A stretch of DNA of 64,000 bases from Azolla caroliniana (lineage: Eukaryota > Plantae > Polypodiophyta), in the NCBI GenBank assembly GCA_043228905.1, contig JBHGNT010000010.1, forward strand, positions 17,484,001 to 17,548,000, given 5' to 3'. Shown piece by piece: positions 25,634 to 36,661 of this stretch (its first letter is position 1; each line of letters begins with the position of its first letter). The position numbers were made by a program, and so were the translations under genes. Under the pieces are notes generated by a model that saw nothing but the letters and a program-made list of their open reading frames with translations, was not told the origin of the DNA and did no database searches.

Positions 25634-28600
25634 TCATTCCTCGCCCGTCGGTTCTTCCTCGTTTTCGGATCGTTCGTCACTGCTGACCGGGAGAGCCGGG
25701 TCTGGCTCGTCGTCGTGTCGCTTCTTGAACGCTTTGATCCGCTTCCCTGCAACCGGTATCGCCATTCTCGTGCCGTCGAGTTCCGCCAGGTGATATGTCC
25801 CGTTGTCATTGGCGCCCCGTACCACGTAAGGCCCGAACCACCTTCGTGCGAACTTCCGTGTAGCTCGGTGCTGGTTGTCGAGGCTGCTGTCGTAGACGAG
25901 CACCCAGTCACCTTCTTCGATTTTCTTCGGTCGGAGCCGGTGCGTTCGGTCGAACCTGGCTTTGTTCTTTTTCCTCGCCACCCGGAGCTTCTCCGCAGCC
26001 AGTTCCACGTCCTCCGGTCTCCGCTCGAGCTGTCGTATGCGCGCGGCCAACAACTCCTCCCGGCTCATCTCGTCCCTCCAGTCGACCGTTGCCCACGAGG
26101 AGATCGTCCGTTCCATCGGCATGATCGGCTTCAGGCCGAACATGAGCTCCGTCGGCATGTACCCGGTTACCGAACTGTGCGTGGTCCGGTCTGCCCACAA
26201 AGCATAAGGTAGCAGCCGCGGCCAGTTACCGACTCGGCCTCCGCATGCCCGAACCAACGCCTTGACGATCGGTCCGTGTCCGCGCTCCACCTTTCCATTC
26301 GCCTCCGGATTGTACGCAGTGGTGAGCGAGAGCTTGACTCCCAGCCGGTCGAACAGCTCCGCGGCTTCTTCGACGTCCAACTCCCCTCGGTCAGCCACGA
26401 TCTTCCCGACGCACCCGTACCGGCATATCACGTCCTCGATTAGGAACCGGCATACGGCCGCGGTCGTTTTGTTCGGAAGGGCCCGGCCTTCCACCTGGTT
26501 CGTCAGATCCTCCCGCGCTAGGACCAGGTACCGCATCTGTCCTACCCCCATTGGCATCGTCACCAGATCTACCATCCATTTGAAGTGGATGGTCGGAGGG
26601 TACGTGGGGTGAAGCTCGTCCCGATGTCGGACTATGGAGTGCATCTGACAGCTCTCGCAAGTTGTCACGAACCGATGCACGTCCTGGTACTGCCCCGGCC
26701 ACCAATACTTCCCCTTCAGTTTCTCAAACGTAGCCCATGTTCCACGGTGTCCAGCCCAAGGGCTGTCGTGGTAGGCCGTCAGCAGCTCCTCCTGCTCTTC
26801 CCTCATCGCCACCACCCGGAGCGGAGCGCCGTCCCTCTTCTTCGGGTGCTTCCATAGATAGCCATCCCGGAGAAAGAACCGGTACGCTTTCTTCCGGATC
26901 CGGTTGGCCTCGTCCTTCGTCCATGACGCATCGGGCGTCATTGTCTTCAAAAACCCACCGATCTGCAGCCACTCCCCGTCGTACTTGCTCGCGTCGAAGT
27001 CGTTAAGCGCCGGAGTGCTTGTTCCGTCGGATGTTACATACGCAGTCTCGAAGAAGTCCACGCCGACCTCTTCGTCCTCCGAAACCATGCCGCCCTCGTC
27101 ATCGAATCTCGCCCTCGAAAGCATGTCGGCCATGGCGTTGTCTTTCCCGGAAATGTGTCGTATTTCCGGGTCCAGGGACTTGATGTACGCTATCCACCTG
27201 AGCATTGCCAGGTCCGGCGTCGCGCATCCGGAAACCATGCCGAGAATCGGCATGCAATCCGTCTCTATGATTACCTCCGTCCCGATCAGATAGTCCTTGT
27301 CGGCCTTCACCGCCGAAACGATACCCCAGAGTTCGCGTTTAACCTGGGCGTATCCGCGCTGCCGTTCGCTGAGGACCTTCGCGCCGAATCGGATCGGAAA
27401 CCGATTGCCGTCCTCGTCTTCTTGGTTGACGACCCACCCGATTCCGGTCGGACTCGTGTCAACCGTTATGTACACTGGGGTGCCCTTCCTGTAGACGGCC
27501 TTTCGGAGCGCCGGTGCTGCCGAAAGAGTCTCCTTCAGCTTCCGGACCGACTCCGTGTGCTTGTCTAGCCATTCGAATCTTCGCCCTTTCTTCAATAATC
27601 CGTACAGCGGTTCCGCGACGTGCGCGTAATGCGGGATCCATATGTGGTAGAAGGCGCATGCCCCCAAGAATCTTCGTACTTCCGTGACCGAGCTGCAATC
27701 AGGCTTCATCGCGGAGATGGCTTCTACCTTTGCCGGAGACGGTCTCCGGCCATACGGTCCACATAAATGTCCGACCACCATGATTTCCGACTGCCCGAAG
27801 GCTAAATTCTCCCCCGAGAAGGTGAGCCTCGCATCCTCTAGCCTTTGCAGCACCTTCTCGCAGTCGTCGATGTGCGTTACCACGAATCGCCGGCATCCGT
27901 CCGGCCCGATCGTCTCGTCCTTCTCTTCTACCGGGCATCCCTTGATCGGGATGTCGTCTAGAAACGGCATGGTGATGTCCGGGATGCAGTCCCTCATCAC
28001 CTTGTTCATTGCATTCACCATGTGGGCCACCGAGTTGGTCCCTCCTTGCGGCAGCGTACACATCCGCACTAGGCCGAGGGGAGTTCGCATCGTCGTAATG
28101 TCTCTGCTCTCCACGGCTAGCTGGAACTGGTCGTACCCTGAATATAGATCACCGACCGAGTAAATCGACCTCCCGGCGAAGGCCTCCGCGAACTCGTCTA
28201 TGGTCGGTCCGATCCCTGCGTTCCGAATGGTCACCCTATTGACCGGTTGCAGGTCCTGAATGAAGCGCAATGATCCGTTTTTCTTTGGTACCGTAAACCA
28301 CCGGTTCGAGTACGGGGCGCTCGACGGCTCGAGAATGCCCATATCAACTTTCTGCTTCAACAGCTCCATCAACTTCGGGATGTGAGCTCTCGGAACCGGA
28401 ATTGGCTTGAGATTCCACGGTACATGCGGTACCGTGAATATCACCATCGGCTCTACGATCGTCGGGTCTACGCACCCGATTTCCTCCGGTGAGAATGCGA
28501 AGGCTTTCCCGTGCCTTCCGAGCATCCTCCGAAACCGGTCTTCCTCCACCGGCAGTAGGAACCTGCCCCCACCGATCTTCAGCTCGCGGAGCGTCTCGTT

Positions 28601-29122
28601 GGTGAAGGTGTGTCCTATGCAGGCCGGATCTCGTAAGCTGGGGTCCGATGCAACCCCTTTGATTCGGGATTCGCTGCCCTCCGGTAAGGGCGCCGCAACT
28701 GGCCTCACCTTCCGGTCCACAGTCTTGTACTTGGTGCTAACTCGGGCCGTCCGTTCCGACTCGAGCCCTCGACCGAAGTCCGCGATGACTTCGTACATTT
28801 CTTCTGAACATACCGGTATCGTCCGGTCTTCGATAAGGTCTTCTTCGACTACCCTCCCCAGCATTCCCAAGGTGTCGTCGAAGGAGACTGCCTCCACGGC
28901 TCCGTTGATTTCTTCGTCAGGGCCGAGAACTCCGCACGCCCGAAGTCTCCCCTCCGTCTTTGTTTTCTCTCGGCCGGCGATGCCGACCATCGTACATGCT
29001 CCGCTGTCGGAGAAGCAAAATTTCCTACCTATTGTACACGGTTTTATCGTACAGATGTGGGGCTTTCCCGGAGCATCCGGACTGTCGCGGCCCCACGCCT
29101 TGGCAGTCCTCTCTAAAAATCC
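25634..29122 (-). CDS. Element C RT-RNaseH-integrase ORF (-1 frame relative to gag, likely reached by frameshift)
   Basis: Open from the gag stop region; RT (DLYSGYDQ, LPQG, FLDD), RNase H (TVDTSPTGIG, ETDC), integrase HHCC and DDE; no chromodomain seen. Confidence 0.92.
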   Translation of the reverse strand, partial: GFLERTAKAWGRDSPDAPGKPHICTIKPCTIGRKFCFSDSGACTMVGIAGREKTKTEGRLRACGVLGPDEEINGAVEAVSFDDTLGMLGRVVEEDLIEDRTIPVCSEEMYEVIADFGRGLESERTARVSTKYKTVDRKVRPVAAPLPEGSESRIKGVASDPSLRDPACIGHTFTNETLRELKIGGGRFLLPVEEDRFRRMLGRHGKAFAFSPEEIGCVDPTIVEPMVIFTVPHVPWNLKPIPVPRAHIPKLMELLKQKVDMGILEPSSAPYSNRWFTVPKKNGSLRFIQDLQPVNRVTIRNAGIGPTIDEFAEAFAGRSIYSVGDLYSGYDQFQLAVESRDITTMRTPLGLVRMCTLPQGGTNSVAHMVNAMNKVMRDCIPDITMPFLDDIPIKGCPVEEKDETIGPDGCRRFVVTHIDDCEKVLQRLEDARLTFSGENLAFGQSEIMVVGHLCGPYGRRPSPAKVEAISAMKPDCSSVTEVRRFLGACAFYHIWIPHYAHVAEPLYGLLKKGRRFEWLDKHTESVRKLKETLSAAPALRKAVYRKGTPVYITVDTSPTGIGWVVNQEDEDGNRFPIRFGAKVLSERQRGYAQVKRELWGIVSAVKADKDYLIGTEVIIETDCMPILGMVSGCATPDLAMLRWIAYIKSLDPEIRHISGKDNAMADMLSRARFDDEGGMVSEDEEVGVDFFETAYVTSDGTSTPALNDFDASKYDGEWLQIGGFLKTMTPDASWTKDEANRIRKKAYRFFLRDGYLWKHPKKRDGAPLRVVAMREEQEELLTAYHDSPWAGHRGTWATFEKLKGKYWWPGQYQDVHRFVTTCESCQMHSIVRHRDELHPTYPPTIHFKWMVDLVTMPMGVGQMRYLVLAREDLTNQVEGRALPNKTTAAVCRFLIEDVICRYGCVGKIVADRGELDVEEAAELFDRLGVKLSLTTAYNPEANGKVERGHGPIVKALVRACGGRVGNWPRLLPYALWADRTTHSSVTGYMPTELMFGLKPIMPMERTISSWATVDWRDEMSREELLAARIRQLERRPEDVELAAEKLRVARKKNKARFDRTHRLRPKKIEEGDWVLVYDSSLDNQHRATRKFARRWFGPYVVRGANDNGTYHLAELDGTRMAIPVAGKRIKAFKKRHDDEPDPALPVSSDERSENEEEPTGEE
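29057..29122 (-). promoter_or_regulatory. Candidate -1 programmed ribosomal frameshift signal
   Basis: G GAT TTT immediately before the gag TAG; 6-nt spacer; GGACTG/CAGTCC stem interleaved with GTGGGGC/GCCCCAC stem. Confidence 0.75.
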
Positions 29123-31239
29123 TCTCGGTTTTCGGAATCGAGGGAGTCGCGGTTACGTTCGTGGTTCGGCCGTACCGTCAGAAACTGGACCGAATGGCGC
29201 CCGTCTTGGCTTTTGACCCTCGCGTAGGCCGAACCATTGTCCAGCACCTTGGTCTCCATCCGCGCCGCCGTGATGTACGGCTCTCCCAGTATGACCGGAT
29301 GCGAAGACGTCTCCTGCACGAAGAAGTGCTGGTCAATCTCGACGTCGCCGATCTTGACTCGCACATTCGGACAGGCCCCGTGCAGCTCCTCGGTGGCGCG
29401 CGTTGCCGCCCTTATTTTCCACCCGTGCTTGGTGTTGATCGGCCATTTGCCCTTCTTATAGAAGTCCATGGACATCAAGTTGATCTCCGATCCGTGGTCC
29501 ACCAAAGCTATCACCGGTTCCTGGACATCGCCGATCTTCACCGGGGTTTCCGTGGTCGCTCGGGCCCAGTGTGGTCTCGAATAGTGGCTTTCCGCCCACT
29601 CGTCTCCCAGCGCCATGTCGTCTAGGTGCGTCGTCTGCACTTCCACTGGTCTTTCCGGTTCTGTCTCCGTTGACAGCCTCTTCCGTTTCACCAAGTCCAC
29701 GATGGAGTCGTGGAACTCCTTCTTGGCGATTCCCAGCACCTCTCGTAACGACAGCTCCACCTTGCTGTCGAGGATCCGTTCCTCCAGGACCTTTCGTAAG
29801 TCCGTGGTCCTTTCTATCTCCGTCCCCAGACGGTACCCGCCCTTCTGGGGTTTATCTTTCGTACCGGCCCCGCCGGCTTCGTCCCGTCGTGGCCCGGACC
29901 GGGTCTCGTATCGTTGCGAGGGCCCGGTCGTCCCGGGTTTCCCCACCCGCTTCTCTTCTACCAGAGCCTCGTAGTTCTGGCAAGCGGCTTCCACGAAGCC
30001 CGTCCTTTCCTCGACCGGGTCGCTCCACCCGGTCATCTCCCGTACCCGTTTCTCCGCGCGGTCCGATTCCTCCCCTTTTAGCCTTGCACCGGCAAGGCCT
30101 CCCAGCATCGTCGGCCAGAATCCGGCTTTGCTTTCCCTTCGGGCCTCGCCGCCCCCGACTCGAATGCCGGCCGACGCTGAGTAGTGGACGGTTTCCGCGT
30201 GTCGGGCCGCCGCCTCTTCCATCAACCTTTTCATACCACCTCGCCCGTCGTTTCGGCTCAGGGCCCTTCGGGTGTCGCTGGCATGCACCCGCCCTTCCCA
30301 CAGGTACACCACCCTGTCCCTTAGCGCCTCCGCGAAGTCGCCGCAGTCCTTCCGAATGTGGCCGACTTCATCGCACCACATGCACCTGTTTCCTGCCGCC
30401 GGCCGTCGGTCACGAGCCGGTTCGCCACCTTCCCTTCGGGCTTGCGCGATTTGGAGGTCCTTTACCGCCCTCGTCAATTCCTCCAGCGCCGCTCCTCCGG
30501 TTGAGCCTCTGACTACGCCGGTCGAAGCCGAACCGGTTTCCAACCACTCTCGGGTCTCATCCTTTCGCACCTGTGGCGCTGGTTCGAACTTCCTTGCTGC
30601 GACCGAGCCCGACCCGGTTACCCCGTTATCCGCCCATTCTCGCCGTTTGTCGAAACGGCCACAGACTTTCTTGACAGCCGCCCAGTCGGTAGTGAGCCCG
30701 TCTTCGGTTTCCAGCAAGAGGCCCACTTGCTCCCGATCCCGCTCGTCGACCGACTTGACAAACAGCAAGACCCGGCTCGTGTCCAGGATGGTTCGGTCGA
30801 GCGCCGAAAGGCGCGCAAAGTTTTCCTCGAACTCCCGGAGGAGTGCCGACGCGTTTCTTCCCTTCCCCGGGGACTCCACCCATTCCATGAACCTTCGCTT
30901 CGAAAGCCGGAGCGCGTCGTCCAGCCCGTATTTCTCTAGGAGCCGACCTTCGAACTCCTCCCAGGTACGGCTCTCCGCCCGCACCTCGAGCACCTCCGCA
31001 TGGATGCTCGGCATTGCTACTCGGGGAAATCCGGCAAGACGCCTTTCTTCCGGAATGTCCCGCATCAGCATTTCTGCACCGTAGGACGCTAGATACTTCG
31101 TGGCATCCCTCCCATCGAACCGGCCGATCGTGCCGACGACCGCCTCGATAGCTCTGTCGAGGGCACCGGTGCCCTCGCGCGCATTTACAATCCGATCCAC
31201 GGCCGAAGCCATGGCCTCTGCAAGATCCGACCCCCTCAT
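29113..31239 (-). CDS. Element C Gag-protease ORF
   Basis: Uninterrupted ORF from the first ATG at 31239; zinc knuckle CMWCDEVGHIRKDC; protease ALVDHGSEINLM...VILGEPY. Confidence 0.9.
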   Translation of the reverse strand: MRGSDLAEAMASAVDRIVNAREGTGALDRAIEAVVGTIGRFDGRDATKYLASYGAEMLMRDIPEERRLAGFPRVAMPSIHAEVLEVRAESRTWEEFEGRLLEKYGLDDALRLSKRRFMEWVESPGKGRNASALLREFEENFARLSALDRTILDTSRVLLFVKSVDERDREQVGLLLETEDGLTTDWAAVKKVCGRFDKRREWADNGVTGSGSVAARKFEPAPQVRKDETREWLETGSASTGVVRGSTGGAALEELTRAVKDLQIAQARREGGEPARDRRPAAGNRCMWCDEVGHIRKDCGDFAEALRDRVVYLWEGRVHASDTRRALSRNDGRGGMKRLMEEAAARHAETVHYSASAGIRVGGGEARRESKAGFWPTMLGGLAGARLKGEESDRAEKRVREMTGWSDPVEERTGFVEAACQNYEALVEEKRVGKPGTTGPSQRYETRSGPRRDEAGGAGTKDKPQKGGYRLGTEIERTTDLRKVLEERILDSKVELSLREVLGIAKKEFHDSIVDLVKRKRLSTETEPERPVEVQTTHLDDMALGDEWAESHYSRPHWARATTETPVKIGDVQEPVIALVDHGSEINLMSMDFYKKGKWPINTKHGWKIRAATRATEELHGACPNVRVKIGDVEIDQHFFVQETSSHPVILGEPYITAARMETKVLDNGSAYARVKSQDGRHSVQFLTVRPNHERNRDSLDSENREDF

Positions 31240-31261
31240 CTTCTGCTCTTCTGCCGCCTCT

Positions 31262-31279
31262 TTCACGTCGGGTTCACCA
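31262..31279 (-). promoter_or_regulatory. Primer binding site complementary to tRNA-Trp 3' end
   Basis: Minus strand TGGTGAACCCGACGTGAA, 4 nt from the LTR, is complementary to ...UUCACGUCGGGUUCACCA, the plant cytosolic tRNA-Trp 3' end as I recall it. Confidence 0.88.
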
Positions 31280-31283
31280 AAGA

Positions 31284-32067
31284 TGTCTAGATATTACGCA
31301 AGTGCGTGTGGAAACGAGGCGGGACCGCGGGGGTCTCGAACCAAAGAGCAAGCGAGGGAAGAGAAAGAGGGAGAACCGGCTACGCAGGACTGGGGATACA
31401 CAGGGACACGGCCCTTCAGCATGGAGAACGCGAACAGACACCGACACAGACAGATGCGAATGACTAAATATGTATATCAAGAAAAATGGCTAGCACGACT
31501 ACAACCCCCGATGGGGCACAGGTTGGTTACAACCGAACAGGCCGGCGAACAGATGCCGATGCCTGTTCGCTTCGACGCACAAAGGGGGTAGCAGGTCGGA
31601 GGTGCTGCCGGAAGCGCTCGGGCGTTCCTCGAAACAGCGCGAGCCTCCTCGGAACCCTGCACAGAAAGCTATGGAGCTCAAGAAGGAAGGAAACAGAGAG
31701 AGAAGCGTCCAGAAACGGTCCGACAGCACTTCGTCCTCTCTGCCCGAGATGCCCGCAACAGCTCTTTCCTGCTCTTATATAGGCCGACGAGCAGGCCGTC
31801 GTGTCAGCTTTATTCCCTGTCCCTTTCGAACAGGGATCCGCTCCGTTCTTCACGCATCCGCGTAGTTACGCCGCCGACTCGTACAGTTCGCGCGCGCGAC
31901 CGAAAAGACTGTTCGCGCGGTCTTTGTCTCCACTCGTGTTAGGGCCCATTCCTGCCAATTATCCTCCTAATTCGCTTCTATGTACAACTTGGAGCGTGCG
32001 CGCGTGAAGAACCGGTTCCCACGCCTTGGTGCGCCGATTCCGCTTATGGACGGTTTTCTTCACGACA
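31284..32067 (-). repeat. 5' LTR of element C
   Basis: TG..CA direct repeat, adjacent to the PBS. Confidence 0.96.
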
Positions 32068-32071
32068 ACGC

Positions 32072-35000
32072 GCTCTCGGATGAAGTGATAGTGCACTTCG
32101 ATGTGCTTTGTCCGCGCGTGGAACACCGGGTTCCGAGCCAGATAGATACTGCTCATGTTGTCGCAGTAAAGGGAAGTAGGATCCTTGATGGGTACGCCTA
32201 GATCCTTCAAAATCCTCTTGAGCCATATGGCTTCACATGCGGCTATGGTTGCGCCCCTATATTCCACCTCCGTACTCGAAAGAGCGACGATAGGCTACTT
32301 CTTGCTACTCCAGGATATTGCTCCGCTGCCGAGGGAGAAAACAAATCCGGAGGTTGATCTTCTATTAGCTTTGTAGCCGGCCCAATCGATGTCTGTGTAC
32401 CCCTCGAGTCGTATTGGCATCGCGGTCTTGTAGAGGATGCCACAATCCATTGTGCCGCTCACGTATCGTAGAACTCGCTTAGCGCAATCCAAGTGAGTAT
32501 CACGCGGCGTTTGCATGAATTGGCTAAGCACACCGACCGGATAACTGAGATCGGGTCGTGTGATTGTGAGGTAGATGAGACTGCCGATGAGTTGCCGATA
32601 CTGAGTCGGCTCACACGCTTTGGTGCCGGAGTTCGCATCTAGTTTGAGATTACGATTGAGCGGGGTTGCCACAGATTTGCACTAAGCCATCCTGAACTTG
32701 TATAACAAGTTGAGGATGTAGTGCCGTTGAGAGATCATGATTCCGGCCGGAGTCCGAATTACCTCGATGCCGAGGAAGTAGTGGAGCTCCTTCATGTCCG
32801 TCATCTCGAACTTGTCGGAAAGGAGGGATTTGACTTTATTGATTTCGACGAGCTGCTCACCTCCAATGACTAGGTCATCCACATATAAAATGATGACGAT
32901 CGAACTTGCAGAATCGCTTTGTATGTAGAGGGAGTTGTCCAATTTTGACATACGGAAGCTGATTTGATGAAGATATTGCGTTATCTTCGAATGCCAAGCA
33001 CGCGGTGCTTGCTTGAGGCCGTAGAGTGGCTTCTTGAGTCGGCATACGGCTTTTGGATGAGTGCTCGAGTTGAAGCCGGGTGGTTGGATCATGTACACCT
33101 CCTCTTCTAATTCGCCTTGTAGAAAGGCGTTCTTGACGTCCATTTGATGGAGGTGCCACCCTTTCGCCGCGGCAATCGCAATTACGGTACGCACCGTCGT
33201 CATCTTTGCCACCGGGGCAAAGGTCTCTTCGTAGTCGACGCCATGCGTCTGAGCGTATCCTTTCGCTATGAGTCGAGCTTTGTAGCGGTTTACGAAGCCG
33301 TCAGCGTTATGCTTCACCTTGTAGATCCATCTGCATCCGATTGCCTTTTTGTGTGGTGAGGTGGGAACGAGATCCCACGTCTCGTTCTTCCATAGTGCTT
33401 GCATCTCCTCGTTCATTGCTTCGATCCATCGCGGGTCCTTCGCGGGTTCCGAAAAGGTTTCCGGCTCCCGTACTGTCGCTACCTTCATCATAAAGGCGTA
33501 ATGGTACGGCATATAATCGTTGTAGCCGAATCGGCTTATGGGGTTCTTTTCACGAGTGGATCGACGGAGCTTTTCATTTGCAGAGATGAGGGATTTCTTA
33601 GCTCCGATTGGTACCTCGAAGCAGCCGAACTCATTGTCGAGTGAGTGAGTCGATTCATCGTCGTCGAAGCGATCGTCTTCATATTCCTCCATTTTCGCCT
33701 TGCCGTTGTCCATCTTAGGGCTAGGCCGTGATGTGCTTTGATCGCTCAAAGGCTCTTGTGGTCTGCTCAGTCAGGTCGTGTTCGGACTTTCTTTGAACAT
33801 GCGCGTAAGGTGATCTTCATCCTCTATCTCTTGTTCAGTGGATTCTGGGTTGAGTGGGGTTGGAGTCGAAGTTGGCTCTAGTGCGTACCAAGATGCGAAC
33901 TCGTCAAAGACGACGTCTCGACTTACCCGAGATTTTCGAGTTGAGGGGTTGTAGCACTTATACCCCTTTTGCTCCAGTGAGTATCCTACAAGGATACATT
34001 TCTCCAACTTCGGGTCGAGTTTTTGACGCTTCTCATCGGAGATGTGCACGTACGCAATGGAGCCGAATATCCGAACATGTGATAGGTTCGGCTTCTTTCC
34101 GAAGAATCTTTTGTGCGGAGTGACCTCGTGCACGCCGGATGTTGTGCATCGGTTCATTAGGTAGACGGTCGTATTTGCTGCTTCGGCCCAATATGACTTG
34201 GGCATATGCTTCTCGTTCATCATGGCCCGCGCTACTTCAAGGATGTGCCGATTTTTGCGCTCGGCTACTCCGTTTTGTTGCAGAGTGTGTCGGCAAGTGA
34301 ATTCTCGCCGAATTCCTTCCTTTCGGAGATACGTCATGAAATCATCCGCGAAGTACTCCTTGCTGCCATCCGATCAAAGACAACGTAAATGGCGGGCCGT
34401 GGCTTTCTCGACTTCATTCTTGAAATTTTGGATGTGTCCGAACACTTCGCTCTTTTGCCGCATCGGGTAGATCCAAGTGTGCCTAGAGAAGTCGTCAATG
34501 AAGAGCACGTAATATCGGTATTCGCCGAATGTCGAGTAGACCTTTGCTCATTTTCCGCTCTTTCGGGAATGGGTATTGGTGTTGCTTGCCGAATTGGCAC
34601 GCTTCGCATACACCTTCAATCTCCTTCTCTTTGAATGTCGGTAGTCCGATGACGACTCCTTTCGATTTCATTGCTTTGAGTTTGTTGAGATTGATGTGGC
34701 CGATTCGCTTGTGCCATAGCTCCATGTCAGAGTCGGCGTTCGTGTTTTTCGCGAACATGGCGGATTTCATCTCACGTGAATCGAGAATGAACATCCGGCC
34801 CTCTCTTCGTCCGCGTGGGATGAGTCGGCCCTCTTTTTCGATGAAGCAACCGCCTTGATTAAATCGAACTTGCATCCCTTGCTCTACAATTTGGCCGACG
34901 GAGACCAAATTCTTCGTAATGGTCGGTACATGCAATACATTTTTAATGTAATTTTGCTTACCTTCTTTTTCGAACGGAACATTGCCAATGTGCCGAATCG

Positions 35001-36077
35001 GGTGCGTAGTGTCGTCTCAGGTTTTGACATAGCCGGGTCGGTCCGGCTCTCGAAGTTCTTGGAACCATTCTTGATGCGATGTCATATGGTTCGAGGCACC
35101 GGAATCGACGAACCATACGTCTTCCGGACCGGAGGCACTAGTTGAGGTAGTGGCCGACATAGAGTTTGCTCTATGTTTCATCATGAACATTCTGCCACGA
35201 TCTTCGTAGTCGGAGTTGTGTGCGTAATTCGTGAGTTGTCGGCTTGTGGAAGCCGATTCACGCATCTTCTTTCGGCACTCTTCTTCGTGGTGGTCGAGCT
35301 TTCTGCAATATCCGCATTCGGTTGCATTTTGACGGCTCGGGCCGGAGTGGAAGCTCCCCCTTCTTGCGAAGGTTCCTCGTTGGCCTCCGTTTTGCGGCCG
35401 AAATTGGGAGTCGTTGTCGTAGGTCGGACCTCGTCCGCCTTGTCCTTGGCCAAATCGGCCTCTCGCTTGTCCACGTCCTCTTCCTCCATTAGAGTGTGTG
35501 TAGAGCATGTGGCCTTCCGACTCATTGCTCCTTGTACGCACGTGGTTTTCTTCGACCAATAGCATTGATTGGAGCTCGAAGAAGGAGGGAGATTTCTCCC
35601 ATGCTAGAACGGCAGTTCGCATCGCGCCGAACCGTGGTGCGAGGCCGCCGAGGCATACTTGATCCATTTCATCATCATCTATACTTACGCTTATTGAGCC
35701 GAGCGAGTCGCAAAGCTTCTTGATCTTCAAGGTGTATGTCGTGATGGACATGTCCCTTTGTTGAATGTTGTTCAACTCTTGGTGGAGTTGAAGCTTCCTC
35801 GCGGTCGTGTTGGCGGTGAAAATCTTTCGTAGATTTTCCCACGCTTCCTTCGGCGTCTTCGCATGTGGTCGTGAACACATGTCGCCAAACAATACATCAC
35901 GCGACTTGCGGCTTGTTCCCATGTCGCGTATCCGGGAGCCGCTTCGGCGGGTCGGTCTTAATGCGCTCCTTTGATGTAGCTCCAATAGCCTTGTCCGACA
36001 AGGTATTGGTGCATCTTGTACTCCCAAGATGCGAAGTTTTTTTGATCCAACTTCTCAGTAGGGAGAGCGCTCCCCAT
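32072..36077 (-). pseudogene. Element B gag-pol (frameshifted; RNase H tail continues at 24606-24778)
   Basis: MGSALPTEKLDQKNFASWEYK, CGYCRKLDHHEEEC, WFVDSGASNHM, QQNGVAERKNR, LYVDDL, HARTKHIEVHYHFIRER|VLAGDVDL...ADIFTKAL. Confidence 0.92.
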
Positions 36078-36249
36078 TTGAGTATTGATTATGTCGATTC
36101 TTCTTCTTCTTCTTCTCTCTTCAAATGCGAGCTATGTAGCGAAGCTACGATAGCTATGAGCCGGTTCTTGGTCGTCGGCGTAGAGCACAACACACGATCA
36201 CGATGAGGCGAATGGGCTAGATCGAGCTACCAACCTCGCTCTGATACCA

Positions 36250-36309
36250 TGTAAAGAATCAAGAGATGGATTCTTGTGAAGCGGAAGAGATGTGAGTTAT
36301 GTGTGCGTG

Positions 36310-36361
<52 letters not shown>

Positions 36362-36656
36362 ACACAAAGAATACGCAAGGTAAAAGTATATTGACAAAGG
36401 AGAAAGACTCAACATTATACAAGGTGGGAGGAGGGTGCTTTATGTAGTCACCCTCTCTCTTCATTAACTACAAGCCTCATGGAGCATGGGGAATGTGAAA
36501 GCTCACAAGTTATGTTTCATAGAATATGATTCTATGACTCATACTAAATGCTAGAATACAAAGTGGTGACATAATGGTGACTCTTGACCGTTGGAGTGTC
36601 TCTTCACTCTCAAGGTGAGTTCACACACTTGACCAAGTTGAGCTTGATTCTCAATA
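36250..36656 (-). repeat. 5' LTR of element B (terminal TG changed to TA)
   Basis: Adjacent to the PBS; plus strand ends ...ttctcaata versus ...ttctcaaca in the other LTR. Confidence 0.93.
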
Positions 36657-36661
36657 GATCG

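Larger units (their letters stand above)
24779..32067 (-). mobile_element. Ty3/Gypsy element C, apparently intact, non-chromovirus, inserted in RNase H of B
   Basis: 784-bp LTRs 24779-25562 and 31284-32067 (3 mismatches seen); 4-bp TSD ACGC; PPT TAGGGGGGGGCGGA; domain order gag-PR-RT-RH-INT. Confidence 0.96.
23983..36656 (-). mobile_element. Ty1/Copia element B, full length but degenerate, inserted in A
   Basis: LTRs 23983-24375 and 36250-36656; TSD GATCG at 23978-23982 and 36657-36661; tRNA-iMet PBS complement gctctgatacca 36238-36249; PPT complement next to 24376. Confidence 0.94.

Noticed and set aside
25475-31084. Long plus-strand ORFs (245-313 aa) over element C
   Set aside because: Antisense shadows of GC-rich gag/pol with no recognisable motifs.
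31262-31279. tRNA-Trp gene
   Set aside because: Only the 3' 18 nt including CCA are present next to an LTR; it is a PBS.
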